From Eledone cirrhosa (lineage: Eukaryota): a stretch of 64,000 nt of DNA. The translations under genes were made by a program, and so were the position numbers. Positions 41,307 through 55,313 of this stretch are shown here, piece after piece (positions within the stretch are counted from its first letter, which is position 1; every line of letters starts with the position of its first letter). The notes beneath the pieces were generated by a model. The model was given only the letters and a program-made list of their open reading frames with translations, ran no database searches and was not told the origin of the DNA. The stretch spans positions 87,730,001 to 87,794,000 of the forward strand of contig OZ024745.1 in assembly GCA_964016885.1 (NCBI GenBank). The letters are read 5' to 3'.

Positions 41307-43382
41307 TTTCGTTTCTGAATTTGTTTAGCAAGATTCTTTATCTGAAATAGTGTGTTGAAACCGATATTGTTATACTTTGGGAGGGTCATGTTGCCAATAA
41401 GAAACACACGCACCAGTTGCTTTCACTTCAATATATTATAATAAATTTATAAATTTAGGAATTTATAAATTTATAAATTTCTGGTTGGTTGGTTCCACAA
41501 CCAGATAGTTGTTTATATATTGTCAAAGTTCTTTCGTCACACATTCTGTGACCTCATCAGTGACTGGGGATTATTTTCTTTGTTTCTGTGCCTCTCCTTT
41601 GTTCTGTCCTACGCCATTTTGTTTCTGTGTGTGTGTTGTGTGTTCAGTCTGCGCATGCGCCACATCCGGGTGTCTGTGTGTGTTTATATTTGTTTATTTA
41701 TTTGTTTATTTACATGTTACCGGTTGGTTGTTTGTTCTATGTGTGTGTGTGTTTGCATTTTGTCCTTAATTGTAAGTTGTGATGTTGCTGTTCCACTCAT
41801 ATTTTCTATTTAATTTTGGTTGTAATTCTTTTATGTTTATTGCCTCTGTGATTTGTCTAAACATTGCGTCTTTTCTGTGTGTAGATTCTATTTTTATTTC
41901 TATGTTCTCTAATTTACCCTTATGTTCTATTTTAGCATGTTGGTAGAGTACAGATGATTCTTTACTATCTTGAAGGTCTCGCCAGTGTTCATTTATCCGT
42001 TCCCCTACACTACGAGCTGTCTCACCTATGTACACTATATTTTTGTCTCTACATTGTCCTTCAGTACATCTTATGCTATACACTACATTTCTAGTTTTAC
42101 AGTTAATATGGGGGCTTATTTTACAGGTTATACATTTCTTATCTATACAGGGGTGTCTTTGAAAAGGGTATGTCTTGCTAATAAGAGTTTTTACGGAGGA
42201 ACCTGGTCTTTCTACTATCTTAATATTGAGTTTATATTTATCTAGGGCCCTTCTAAATTTGTAAGCTAATTCACCTCTAGGGGTTGTATCGATGAACATT
42301 ACACTCTGGTATTTATTGCTATCATACCATGAGTTTATTCTATTAGCCTTGTTCCTAGTTCTTTCTATTCTATTACAAAATTTGCTCCTATACAAGGGGC
42401 AGGTCACATTTATGTCATTATTTACCATTTTTTACCATTTGGTTCTGGCTCCTCTATACACTCTGATTTTATCTCTCTGATTGTAGCCAGAGAACTGCAT
42501 ACGGTGGATGAAGTGTTGTATGTGTCTCTCTAGTTCTTCAGGGTTGCACATGCGGGACACGTTTCTCATCACCCGTACCAAATCCGCAATCAGTATGTTG
42601 ATTTTTGTATGGTCCGAAACGGCCGAGTTTCGGTGGATCAGATGTTTGGAAGTGATAGGTTTGGCATTATGGGAATAGAGGATTTGTTTTTTGTTATTAA
42701 TGGTATCTAACCAGAGCTCTGTGTCTAGTACAGGTAATCGATGGTTGGGGTGTTTACTTGGGTAGTCTATAGTAACTCTAATACTCTGGTGGATGGAGTT
42801 AGCTATTTGCTGGATGCTTTCCATTTGTTTTTCTCTAGTTCCTGACTGTTCTCTAGTGGGGGTGTCTTAACTACGATGTTTATATCATCAACGTAGCGGG
42901 AGTACATTATCAGGGTTAAGGGGTCTTCTAATTGTTTTTAAGTTTAGTTTAAGTCTACTGTCCCACCATACCATGAATAAGTTAGCTATGTCGCCTGCAA
43001 AGCTAACACCAATGGCTGCTCCTTCCTCTTGGGCATATGTTTTTCCATTAAATTTGAACATAAGTTCCTTAAGGGTTAGTTTTATGCTGGCACCTACCGC
43101 ATGTGCAATCATTTTCTTCAGTTCATCGTGGTTTCCGGGTGTCCGTATGGCTCTGGTCCACCCGTTCCATCTATCTGTGTGGGTTTTCTTGGCCATTGAG
43201 GTAATGGTAGGTGGTCTGCCTCTTGCTGGTCTTGTAGGGCACAGGTTGCTAAGGTCATATGTGTCTAGGTAATTATTACTATAGGTAAGTTTCAGTAGGA
43301 GTCCCAGCTCACTGAACTCATCAGCGAGAGTAATGTTGAGTTCCGTGTGTTTCTTATTGGCAACATGACCCTCCCAAAGTAT

Positions 43383-43385
<3 letters not shown>
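41307..43385 (-). mobile_element. Family A PLE, second long copy
   Basis: ORFs 42888-43454, 42432-42824 and 41766-42428 (GAAIG, LPVLD, VVYSIRC..YIGET). HHR at 41522-41564; short inverted pLTR piece at 43345-43385. Confidence 0.92.
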
Positions 43386-43453
<68 letters not shown>

Positions 43454-43488
43454 TATATACTTTTATATGCTTAAACTTTAATCTGTTA

Positions 43489-43527
<39 letters not shown>

Positions 43528-43571
43528 AGTATGTATACGTACATACATATATGTATACAGACGTAGAGTAC

Positions 43572-43818
43572 TATGTATGGATTTACCGAGCATTTATTAT
43601 AATGCTCGCTTTGTTTGTAAACAAATACCCCGAATTAAGCCGTACAGTGTTTAGCAACCATCGTTGCCCTTTTTTCAACACTGACATAGTACATCGTTCC
43701 TTTTTCAGTGTTGAACAAAAGGGCAAAGATGGTTGGTAAACACTGTACGGCTTAATTCGGGATGTTTGTTTACAAACAAACCGAGCATTATAATAAATGC
43801 CCGGTAAATCCATACGTA
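43572..43818. repeat. Foldback / MITE-like inverted repeat (~113-bp arms, ~20-nt loop)
   Basis: Arms 43572-43684 and 43705-43818; TA-rich flanks. Confidence 0.85.
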
Positions 43819-43841
43819 CATATATATATATATATGTGTGC

Positions 43842-43915
<74 letters not shown>

Positions 43916-43998
43916 TACTGTACGTATACATACTTATATTTAAATAACAATCGTTTCATTTTTTCCATTTATATATATTTCGTCTCATTTTTTCCATT

Positions 43999-44070
<72 letters not shown>

Positions 44071-44088
44071 AGTGTGTGTGTGTGTGTG

Positions 44089-47000
44089 TGTCCTGGGTAT
44101 GACATTAAACTACATCCAGTGGCAAGGCTCCAGTTCGGGAGTTCAGGAGATGTGAGGAATGTGGTGTTACCCCTTAGTTGTCATGACTCCCAGATCTGCC
44201 CTGGCCCGGGATGGTAGTACCTGTTAGGGCTCCGTTTATGGGTTAAATAACTACCTTATTCGAGTGGCGCCGGTAAGGTATTGTCAGCCATTGAAAAGAT
44301 ATATGGAGAGTCGATATAACAGCACTAGGGTTAGAGCCCCTAATTACACTGTCAATGAGCAGCCTGGTCGTTATGACTCTGCTGGCTTAGAGCCACAGAG
44401 AGGGTCAGTGGATGATGGATCAGCTGTCTCTGAGACAAATATAAAGAATGCAGTTTTGTCCTGCAGAAGAGCCATCAAAATGGGCACTTTGAATGTGAGG
44501 ACTATTCGGACGCTGGAGAAGAGAGAGGAGTTGGGTCATCTGTTCGAGGAGAGTGGTATACAGATACTTGCGATCCAAGAACACAGGATTCTACACGATG
44601 AGCCCGTGAGGAGTGTGATGATCGGGAGGAAGAGCCAGCTCATCACTACATCGGCAGTGAAGAACACAACAAATGCTGCAGTAGGAGGAGTGGGTTTTGT
44701 GTTCAGTGCAAAAACCAATCTGTTGGTGAGGGAAATAATGCCTATCTCCCCGCGAGTGTTGAGGGTGACCTTCAATGGAAACCCAAGACTGACAGTCATC
44801 TCAGCCTATAGTCCAACCGAGGGGGACAGTGATGTGAATGTGGAGGAGTTCCATGAGGAGGTGTGTAGAGCTGTCAACACCACTCAGCCACACAATATCC
44901 TGCTTGTTTTGGGGGACTTCAATGCACATCTGAGTAAGGAGGGCAGTGAAGATCATTGCTGGTACTTCCATAACAACACCAACCGAAATGGAAGACTACC
45001 GAGAGACACCCTGCTGGAGGCGAACTTGATGGCGACCAACCTAAGGTTTAGGAAGAATCTGGGGAAGATGTGGACCTACATCTCAGATATGCACCTGTCC
45101 AAGTCCCAGATTGATTTCATTCTGGTGAGGAAAAAGTGGCGGAATAGTGTTCTGAACACGGAACCATACAGCTATTTCAGTACACTGGGTAGTGGCCACC
45201 AGCTTGTTATGAGTGAGGTCCGCGTGAGCTTAAGAAAGAGCAAGGCTCAGCCCCGGAGAACAATCTATGACTGGGGAGCTTTCAAGGAAGATGATAAGCT
45301 ACAGGAGAGGTTCACAGTGGAAGCGAGAAACAGGTTTAGTGCTCTGTGGGGAGAGTCAGAGGAGAGAGAGATTGGATGGACTGAGGAGAGTGTGACGAGG
45401 AGGTACGGGCACTTCACCAATGCAGTGGCGGAAGCAAGTGAAACCCTGGTGCCGAGGAAAAAGAACAAAGGGAAGCACGTCAGCTCTACAAACCCAAAAG
45501 TGTGTGCAGCCAGAGAACACCTGAAAGCTGCGAGGGACCAATTCTATGCTGATCCTACGGAGGAGAGGATGGAGACTGTGGAGGTGATGAGGGAAGAGCT
45601 CTGTACCGCTTACACTGAGGTCAGAGAGGAGGCACTGATAGAGAAGATCAGAAGTGTGGAGAGAGCGGTTGACAGATCTGGATGTAAGGAGAGCTGGATG
45701 ATCATCAACGAGATCACAGGGAGGAAGAGAAGGTGTTCGAGTCAGATCCAGGGAACGGGGTCCGAGGATAGGAAAAGGAAATGGCTAGATCATTTTAGAA
45801 CCCTACTAGGAGAGCCACCCTCCACAGCCCAGAGCACTGGGGAGATCAGGCGGCTGTTTGAGGAACTGGATGTTGAGACAGAGCCCTTCACCAGAGAGGA
45901 GCTTCAGAGAGCCAAGAAGAAGATCAAGGAGGGCAAGGCTCTTGGAGAAGATGGAGTGGCATCAGAGGTGATGAAGAGGTGTGATTTTGATGATATCATC
46001 CTGGGGTTCTGTAACGGGGCACTGGATTAAGGAGTTGCCCCAAATTAGTGGAGGATCAGTAACATCGTCCCAGTGCCAAAGAAGGGAGATCTCTCTAACA
46101 CCAACAACTAAAGGGGGATCTCACTGACGTCACTTGTGGCAAAGACCCTCAACAGGATGATTTTTAACAGGATCCAGCCTGAGATGGAGAAGAAGCTCAG
46201 GGACAACCAGAACGGCTTCAGTCACATCCTGATGCTGAGGAGGATATTAGAGGGAGCTAGTGCAAAGTGCCTTCCTGCGGTCATGGTTTTCATTGACTTT
46301 AGGGAAGCCTTTGATTCTCTGGACCGTTAGTGCCTGATGAAGATCTTACAGGCTTATGGAATCCCCAAGATGATAGTGGACCTGATATCACTGCTCTACA
46401 CCAACACCAAAGCCCAAGTCATTACACCTGATGGGATGACAGAGTTCTTTGAGATACTGGCTGGAGTGCTCCAGGGAGATACATTGGCTCCCTACCTTTT
46501 TATCATCGTAGTGGACTATTGTATGCGCCTTGCACTGGAGAAACACCAGGACTCTGGCTTTACTGTAGCACCGGCTCAGAGCAGGAGAGTTAGGGCGAAG
46601 AAGGTATCGGATGCTGAATTTGCCGACGACATAGTTTTGGTGACAAATAGAGTGAAGGAGGCAGAGGATTTGATGCGGCAGGATGAGACTTCGTTGATGA
46701 GTGTGGGGCTGAGAATGAATGAGACTAAAACAAAATATCTGGTAGAGAATGTTGTGAAGCCAGAGGGGATCACTGATGTAGGTGGGAAGCCGCAAGAATT
46801 GGTTGAGGACTTCCTGTATTTGGGAGCAAAGATTGGGAATACGGAGGATGATGTGGTTGAGAGGAAGAGCAAGGCCTGGGCGGCGTGCCACAGCTTGAGA
46901 ACGGTGTGGAAGTCGGACCTTCGTAGAGACCTGAAAATCCGCCTCTTCATTGCTGTAGTGGAGTCTGTGCTGCTGTATGGGTCTGAGACTTGGACACTGA

Positions 47001-47371
47001 CCAATAAACTCACTCAGATGGTGGATGGGTGCTACACGAGAATGCTGAGGATGGCTCTGAACATTAATCAGTATACACTGAGGATGAAAATCTCAGAGCT
47101 GTTTGGGAGCCTCCCAAAAGTCAGCTCAAAAGTGACACAGAGGAGACTGAGGTTGGCTGTACATGCTCACCGACAGCCAGAGTTGACATTGCACTCAGTG
47201 CTCCTTTGGGAGCCCCTACATGGACACACTAGAAGAGGAAGACCGAGGTTAACATATGTTGATGCCCTAAGGACAGACACTGTTCTGTTGGAGATGCAGG
47301 ATATGGCAGCGATAATGAGGGACCGAGACCGCTGGAGAGAACTGGTCCATGGATCTCGGGAATTTTACCCG

Positions 47372-47375
<4 letters not shown>
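44089..47375 (+). mobile_element. Near-full-length RTE-clade LINE (APE endonuclease + RT), inactivated
   Basis: GTLNVRT, AIQEHR, SAYSPT, GDFNA, QIDFIL, then RT FIDF..AFDS, QGD, FADD, YLG. Stops at 46028, ~46046, ~46108 and 46328. Confidence 0.95.
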
Positions 47376-47418
<43 letters not shown>

Positions 47419-47672
47419 GAAGTTATATTTAATTTGTTGTGATTCCAACAAACATAAATGTGTATAACTGATATAGAGCACTTAACAGTTTACTGGAGTA
47501 AATATTCCAATATATTAATAAATGGAAACTATATTTATAAAACCATAAAGTCAATCTTGGTGTGCTTTAATCAGATGAAATAAAAAATTTGTTTTATAAA
47601 TAGTGACATAAACATGGAAAACAACATTGACGGTTGAAAATTCGCTGGATAGTTTCCATTTATTAATATATT

Positions 47673-47749
<77 letters not shown>

Positions 47750-47776
47750 TCATATGTATATATATATATATATATG

Positions 47777-48623
<847 letters not shown>

Positions 48624-48651
48624 TGTAATAAACAACATAAGGCAATTATTC

Positions 48652-48705
48652 CATTTACCAGTGGTTTCTTAAAAGCAAAAGATATTGCTTTCAATCCTCA
48701 GAATG
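48652..48705 (-). ncRNA. Type I hammerhead from the pLTR of the 56.4-58.3 kb Naiad family
   Basis: CATT-CTGAGGA-TTGAAAGCAA..TTGCTTTTAA-GAAAC-CACTG-GTA-AATG; copies at 51336-51389 and 56451-56505 (the latter has a GTG triplet). Confidence 0.8.
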
Positions 48706-48903
48706 AAAAAATCCTGGTCTGTTTATTGAATTTGGATTTTAAAGAACAAAAATGCAAGCTATATGAAAGTGAGGCTGGAGAAAGAAGAAGGAAAGGAAAA
48801 ATAAAATAAAGCCACACATGCAAACACACACACAAACATGCACACACACACACGAAAGCATACATACACACACAGACATATATATATATATATATATATA
48901 TAT

Positions 48904-50040
48904 AAACAATTAAGTTAAAAATGTACATCTACATATGCATAGTGAAATACTAGTATGCATATGAATACGCACACGTATACATATGTAGATGTACCAAGTC
49001 TTTCACTGGTTACTTTACTGTGAGTATCCAGCTATTCTGTATGTAAACACACAGACAAACCGGTTTTTAGAGTCATACTGGTTTTTGAGGAAACACCTTT
49101 CCTCTATTCTCCTGAAAGCCAGACAAGGAATATTGAACTAGTTTCGTTGTTGTTACAACTCATCAGCAATATTTACCTATCTACGGGCCTTTCTGGAGAA
49201 TCGTAAAAGCACATATCGTTATATGCTTTTTCTATGAAAATTAGTAGTGGGCAGACTAATTTGCATAGAGTGTGAGTACGTACCGGTTCAACGGAGACGA
49301 TAAAAACAAATAACGAAACGAAATTAAATTTCGTTTCGTTTGTAACTCACTTTTGTATGACTGACGCTTAAACAATTAAGTTAAGAATGTACATCTACAT
49401 GTGCATAGTGAAATACTAGTATGCATATGAATACACACACGTATACATATGTAGATGTACCAAGTCTTTCACTGGTTACTTTACTGTGAGTATCCAGCTA
49501 TTCTGTATGTAAACACACAGACAAACCGGTTTTTAGAGTCATACTGGTTTTTGAGGAAACACCTTTCCTCTAGTCTCCAGAAATCCAGACAAGGAATATT
49601 GAACTAGTTTCGTTGTTGTTACAACTCATCAGCAATATTTACCTATCTACCGGCCTTTCTGGAGAATCGTAAAAGCACATATCGTTATATGCTTTTTCTA
49701 TGAAAATTAGTAGTGGGCAGACTAATTTGCATAGAGTGTGAGTACGTACCGGTTCAACGGAGACGATAAAAACAAATAACGAAACGAAATTAAATTTCGT
49801 TTCGTTTGTAACTCACTTTTGTATGACTGACGCTTAAACAATTAAGTTAAAAATGTACATCTACATATGCATACTGAAATACTAGTATGCATATGAATAC
49901 ACACACGTATACATATGTCGATGTACCAAGTCTTTCACTGGTTACTTTACTGTGAGTATCCAGCTATTCTGTATGTAAACACACAGACAAACCAGTTTTT
50001 AGAGTCATACTGGTTTTTGAGGAAACACCTTTCCTCTATT
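48904..50040 (-). mobile_element. 466-bp tandem array (~2.4 units) with a minimal hammerhead in each full unit; retrozyme-like
   Basis: Unit starts at 48904, 49370 and 49836. HHR AATATTG-CTGATGA-GTTG..CAAC-GAAAC-TA-GTT-CAATATT at 49129-49173 and 49595-49639. Confidence 0.8.
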
Positions 50041-50751
50041 CTTTTCTCCCTTTCATCTAACTCATTCATGCTCATCTCACAATATATCCTTACTTAAATT
50101 ACCTGTTGTTCTTTTTAATAATACATATCAACATTTTCTTTCCATCGCACATATTATTAAACCCTTAAATATCATTCATAATACATATTAACTTTTTCTT
50201 TCCATCGCACATGTTATTAAACCCTTAAATATTATTCTTAATACATATTAACATTTTCTTTTCATCGCACATATTATAAAAACCTCTCAATATACAATCC
50301 TTAACTTTACATTATTTATCTCTTCGTTAATTTTCAAATTCTTTTAATTTATACATTATCTTCCAACGGTTTTCAACCTCTCTATGTAAAACAATATATC
50401 TTTCTCAGTTATAAAAGATATCTCTCCCTCTCTATCACCCATCTCTCCTCCTATCTCATCCTTCCTCATTATACTCCTCCCTCTCCACTTTTTACTCTCA
50501 CCTCCTCCTCTTTTTCATCCTCCCCCCTCAAAATAAAATATTTTTCCCAATATCACATCAATCTAAAACTACTTCTCATATGTTGATTTAAAACTGCACT
50601 ATCCACACGTGTTTTTTAACCTTCATATCATGTCTTCCTGTTTTATCTGATGAACACACAAATATTATTGCATGATGATATTTGTTTTTGAAATGCGCAT
50701 AATAAAATACATGGCACTCTTTTAACCATATTTTGTTCTTATATATTATAT

Positions 50752-50790
<39 letters not shown>

Positions 50791-51223
50791 TGTACATGCA
50801 TACACAAACATAGCCATACACCCATACATATACATACATACATGCACACAATCATACATATATACACACGTACATACATACACATACATAAATGTGTACA
50901 TATACATGTACAAAATTAGAAAAATATACACTCCTCTACATATTCACATACGCAAATAAATATAAGAAAAAATATATATAAAAAAATAAAATAATAATAA
51001 AGATTATTATAGAGTTGACAGCGAAACAAACGGCGGGTAGATGAACGGGACACGCGTGGTAAGTAATACACATAAATGCACGTATACATACGTACGAAAT
51101 AGTAAATACATACACACACTCTCACACATAAATATACATATACAAATGCATAAACACATACATACACAAATACATGCACAAACACGCACACACACACACG
51201 TATACAATTATACACACACATAT

Positions 51224-51312
<89 letters not shown>

Positions 51313-51556
51313 TGTAATAAACAACATAATTATTCCATTTACCAGTGGTTTCTTAAAAGCAAAAGATTTTGCTTTCAATCCTCAGAATGAAAAAATCCTG
51401 GTCTGTTTATTGAATTTGGATTTTAAAGAACAAAAATGCAATCTATATGAAAGTGAGGCTGGAGAAAGAAGAAGGAAAGGAAAAATAAAATAAAACCACA
51501 CATGCAAACACACACACAAACATGCACACACACACACACGAAAGCATACATACACG

Positions 51557-51607
<51 letters not shown>

Positions 51608-51840
51608 GCGCATTTTGAAATGCGCATAATAAAATATATGGAACTCCTTTAACCATCTTTTGATCTTATATTATGCATACTCCAGTCCCACAAACTGTAG
51701 AGTGCTTCTTATCCGATATCTGCATTGCTTTATTGTACTACAATAAAACTCACCTCCTACATTAACTTGCTCCTTAACGGTTGAGCGCTTACTCTCATAT
51801 TGGATACCTTTTGATGGTCCTTCACCTCTTCTTCTACAAC

Positions 51841-54234
51841 ATGGATTATTACAACATAACCAATTCAACTAAAGACATTCCTATACCTGGTAAATCTGAA
51901 TTCACCAAACTTCTTATTGAAAAAACTGACTCCTTCGTAAGAAGACTTAGATGGACAGCCTATTTCTATGACCAGCGCCTAAAAGGGAACTTTCATACCA
52001 AAGAACACAACTTCCTCGATCATCTTTTTAATTCTAGACGAAATCCTCCTTCCAACAAAAATCTAGTACAATTCGAGGAAGAATTAACTAAAATAATAAA
52101 AAATCTTAAATTCAAGAGATACCCTTACAAAGGACAAGAGCACCTTGTAAATCTCAAGAACACAATCTCTAACCTAAATTCCTCAAAAAATGTTTTAGTC
52201 CACTCTGACAAAACCAATAACCTATATGGTATTTCCAAGGATAATTATAACAACCTTATCCTAAAGGAACTTAGGAAAAAGTATCGTAAAGCCAACCATG
52301 AAAATTTAGAATGCATAAACCTTGAAGCCTATGAGATTATGTCAAAACTTGGCATTGAAAAAAAGACCGAACCATTCCTCCCAAGAACTCCGAGGATAAA
52401 TCTCAAGGATCACAAAAACAATTTTCGCACTGAACTACCTGTTAGATTAATCGCCCCCTCTAAATCTGATCTGGGGGTTATTAGTAAAGCCATCTTGGAT
52501 AGGATTATCCCACAGGTTAGTTCTAATTGCTCTTCTTTAAACCTAAATTTATGGTTTGGTACTCCTGAAGTGATTGGCTGGTTCAACAATTTGGATAATA
52601 AAAACAAACTAAAATTTATTCAATTTGATATTGCCAGCTACTATTCCTCCATTTCGCCTTCACTTCTCAATAATGCTCTATCTTTTGCACTTAAATATTC
52701 TGACATCACCACAGATGAACTTCACATCATCCTCACCGCACGTAAAACCATCGTAGAGTTCAACAACGTATATTGGACCAGAGCCGATACCTCTAACAAC
52801 TTCGACATCACAATGGGAGCATCCGATTCATCCCAATTAACTGATTTAATTGGTATCTTCATTTTGAACTCTTTGAGTCGGAAAATTCCTCAACTTCGCG
52901 GTGGAATTTATCGTGATGATGGACTCTTTACTATCCTAAATTGCAATATAGTTAAACTTAATATTATTAAGAACAATATACGTAATCTCTTTAACCAACA
53001 TAACCTAAAAATTGAATTTGATAATAGTATCAAACTAGCTAATTTCTTGAATGTATCTCTTAATCTTGACACTGGCCTATATTACCCTTACCATAAAAAC
53101 AATGAGAACCTTAATTATGTTAACTTAAAATCTAACCATCCTACCAATATCAAGAATGCTATAGTTAATAATATTGGAAATAGAATATCTAACATATCTT
53201 CTAATAAAAACATCTTTGATGCTAACGCCAATTACTATAATAACGCACTTTCTAAAGCCGGCTATCCAGATAAAATCAAATATAATAAAGAAACAAATTC
53301 TAGAAAAACTTACAGTAGAATAATTAATCATGACCATTCCAATAATTTTAATAAAAGACCTAGATACAAAAACATAATCTGGTATAATGCTCCTTTCTCC
53401 ATCTCTATTAATAACAATATTCCTAAATTATTTTTTAGTGCCTTAAATAAATGCTTCCCTCCCTCACATATCTATAGTAAAATATTCAACAAACACACCA
53501 TCAAATTTTCGTATTCTACATCCTCCAATATTTACAACATCATCTCTAAACACAACAACAAAATATTAAATACTAAATCTCTTCCTTCCAATATTGAATT
53601 TCATAATAACAGTAATAGTACTCCCGACGTCATTGTAAACCCTAGGCTAACTTCTGTAAACCCAAATACAACGTCAAACACAACTTCGCTAAATGTTCAT
53701 AATCCAACTCTAAATCAAGAAACTATTATTCCTATTATTCCTATCGCAAACAACTTCTCCAATCCAATTCCTTCTATAGATAACACTAGATCACTCATTA
53801 ATAATTGCAACTGCCGCATTAAAAATAAATGTCCTCTCAACAACCATTGCCTCGATAAAAACTTAATTTATGAATGTAAAATTATAACTAGCACCAATTC
53901 CTTCACCTATTTTGGCTCCACTTCCACTTCTTTTAAAGCTCGTCTCTATAATCATCATTCATCTTTCAAATACAAACTTAAAAGAACTAACACTGCTCTC
54001 TCAGAACTCATATGGTCCTTAAAAGACAAAAACATTAAATATACCATCTTTTGGAAGAAGATTTCTTCTGCATCCTCATACTTGAACAGCTCTCTATCTA
54101 AAATCTGTAATCTCTGCCTAAATGAAAAATTTACCATTATCTCTAACCTAGATTCTATAATAAATAGACGCTCAGATTTGTTTTCTATCTGCCTGCATAA
54201 ATTCCATAGAACTTTTCACAAAGTATACAGTTAA
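51841..54234 (+). CDS. Naiad-type PLE reverse transcriptase / GIY-YIG endonuclease polyprotein (~797 aa)
   Basis: ATG at 51841 gives MDYYNITNSTKDIPIP, then RLRW, SDKT, KDHK, FDIASYYSSI, MGASDSSQ, YRDDGL, CNCRIKNKCPL, LIYEC..YFGST, CNLC. No internal stop. Confidence 0.9.
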   Translation: MDYYNITNSTKDIPIPGKSEFTKLLIEKTDSFVRRLRWTAYFYDQRLKGNFHTKEHNFLDHLFNSRRNPPSNKNLVQFEEELTKIIKNLKFKRYPYKGQEHLVNLKNTISNLNSSKNVLVHSDKTNNLYGISKDNYNNLILKELRKKYRKANHENLECINLEAYEIMSKLGIEKKTEPFLPRTPRINLKDHKNNFRTELPVRLIAPSKSDLGVISKAILDRIIPQVSSNCSSLNLNLWFGTPEVIGWFNNLDNKNKLKFIQFDIASYYSSISPSLLNNALSFALKYSDITTDELHIILTARKTIVEFNNVYWTRADTSNNFDITMGASDSSQLTDLIGIFILNSLSRKIPQLRGGIYRDDGLFTILNCNIVKLNIIKNNIRNLFNQHNLKIEFDNSIKLANFLNVSLNLDTGLYYPYHKNNENLNYVNLKSNHPTNIKNAIVNNIGNRISNISSNKNIFDANANYYNNALSKAGYPDKIKYNKETNSRKTYSRIINHDHSNNFNKRPRYKNIIWYNAPFSISINNNIPKLFFSALNKCFPPSHIYSKIFNKHTIKFSYSTSSNIYNIISKHNNKILNTKSLPSNIEFHNNSNSTPDVIVNPRLTSVNPNTTSNTTSLNVHNPTLNQETIIPIIPIANNFSNPIPSIDNTRSLINNCNCRIKNKCPLNNHCLDKNLIYECKIITSTNSFTYFGSTSTSFKARLYNHHSSFKYKLKRTNTALSELIWSLKDKNIKYTIFWKKISSASSYLNSSLSKICNLCLNEKFTIISNLDSIINRRSDLFSICLHKFHRTFHKVYS

Positions 54235-55246
54235 TATTCAATTCTTTATCAATTTAGAATCTTTTCTCAAAGGCACATATACATACACCTCTTTAAAATA
54301 TACCCATCTACCTTACTTTAAAGGGCATTATACACTCTATAATACTCGTTTACTCATTACCCTCATTCTATCTTCTCGTAAAATCATAACATTTGTTTTT
54401 GTTTTTGACTTTTGAATATTCATCCGCAATCATTATTATTTTTTCTCTCTATCATAAATCTTTTTAATCTCAATTTCATCCTTAATTTATTATTATTTTT
54501 TTCTCCCCATCAACGAACTCATTATTAATACATATTAACTATTTATTCGCACATATCAATTCAATCAATATACAAACTTTAACTTCACATTATTTTTCTC
54601 AAATCCTTCTACACACAAACCTTAACAATTTTTCTCTTCGCTAATTTTGAAATTGCCACAATACATACATTTCTTCTTTTGACGTTAGAATATTTACCCA
54701 CAATTATTTTTTTTTTTTTTCTCTCTATCTTCATACATAATTTCCCTTCGTTAATTTTCAAATTCCTTTAATTTATACATTATCTTCCAACAGTTCCCAA
54801 CCTCTCTATATTAAAACAATATATCTTTTTCTCAGTTATAAAAACTATCTCTTTCTCTCTATCACCCATCTCTCCCTCTCCACCTTCACTCTCATCTCCT
54901 CCCCCTTTTTTTCATCCTTTCCCCCCCCCTCCCTAAATAAAATATTTTTTCCTCGCACATATCCTCCCTTCGTTAATTTTCAAAATTTTTAATTTATGAA
55001 GTATCTTCCAACGGTTTTCAACCTCTCTATGTAAAAAAAATATATCTCCTCTCAGTTATAAAAACTATCTCTTTCTCTCTATCACCCATCTCTCCCTCTC
55101 ATCTCCTTCCCTTTTCATCCTCCCCCCCCTCTCTAAATAAAATATTTTTCCCAATATCACACATCAATCTAAAACCAATTTTCATATGTTGATTTAAAAC
55201 TGCACTATCCACAAGTGTTTTTTAGCCTTCATATCATGTTCTCCTG

Positions 55247-55313
55247 TTTTATCTGATGAAAACACAAATATTATTGCTTGATGATGTTTGTTTTTGAAAT
55301 GCGCATAATAAAA
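55247..55313 (+). ncRNA. Canonical-core minimal hammerhead in the pLTR of the intact Naiad
   Basis: TTTTAT-CTGATGA-long AU-rich stem II-GAAAT-GCGC-ATA-ATAAAA; upstream copy at 50641-50707. Confidence 0.85.

Noticed and set aside
48904-50040. CRISPR-like or simple satellite interpretation of the tandem repeats
   Set aside because: No repeat-spacer pattern, eukaryotic context, and each full unit carries a hammerhead.
51781-51840. TTG-initiated N-terminal extension of the Naiad ORF
   Set aside because: An artefact of alternative-start ORF calling; ATG 51841 precedes the conserved N-terminal motif.
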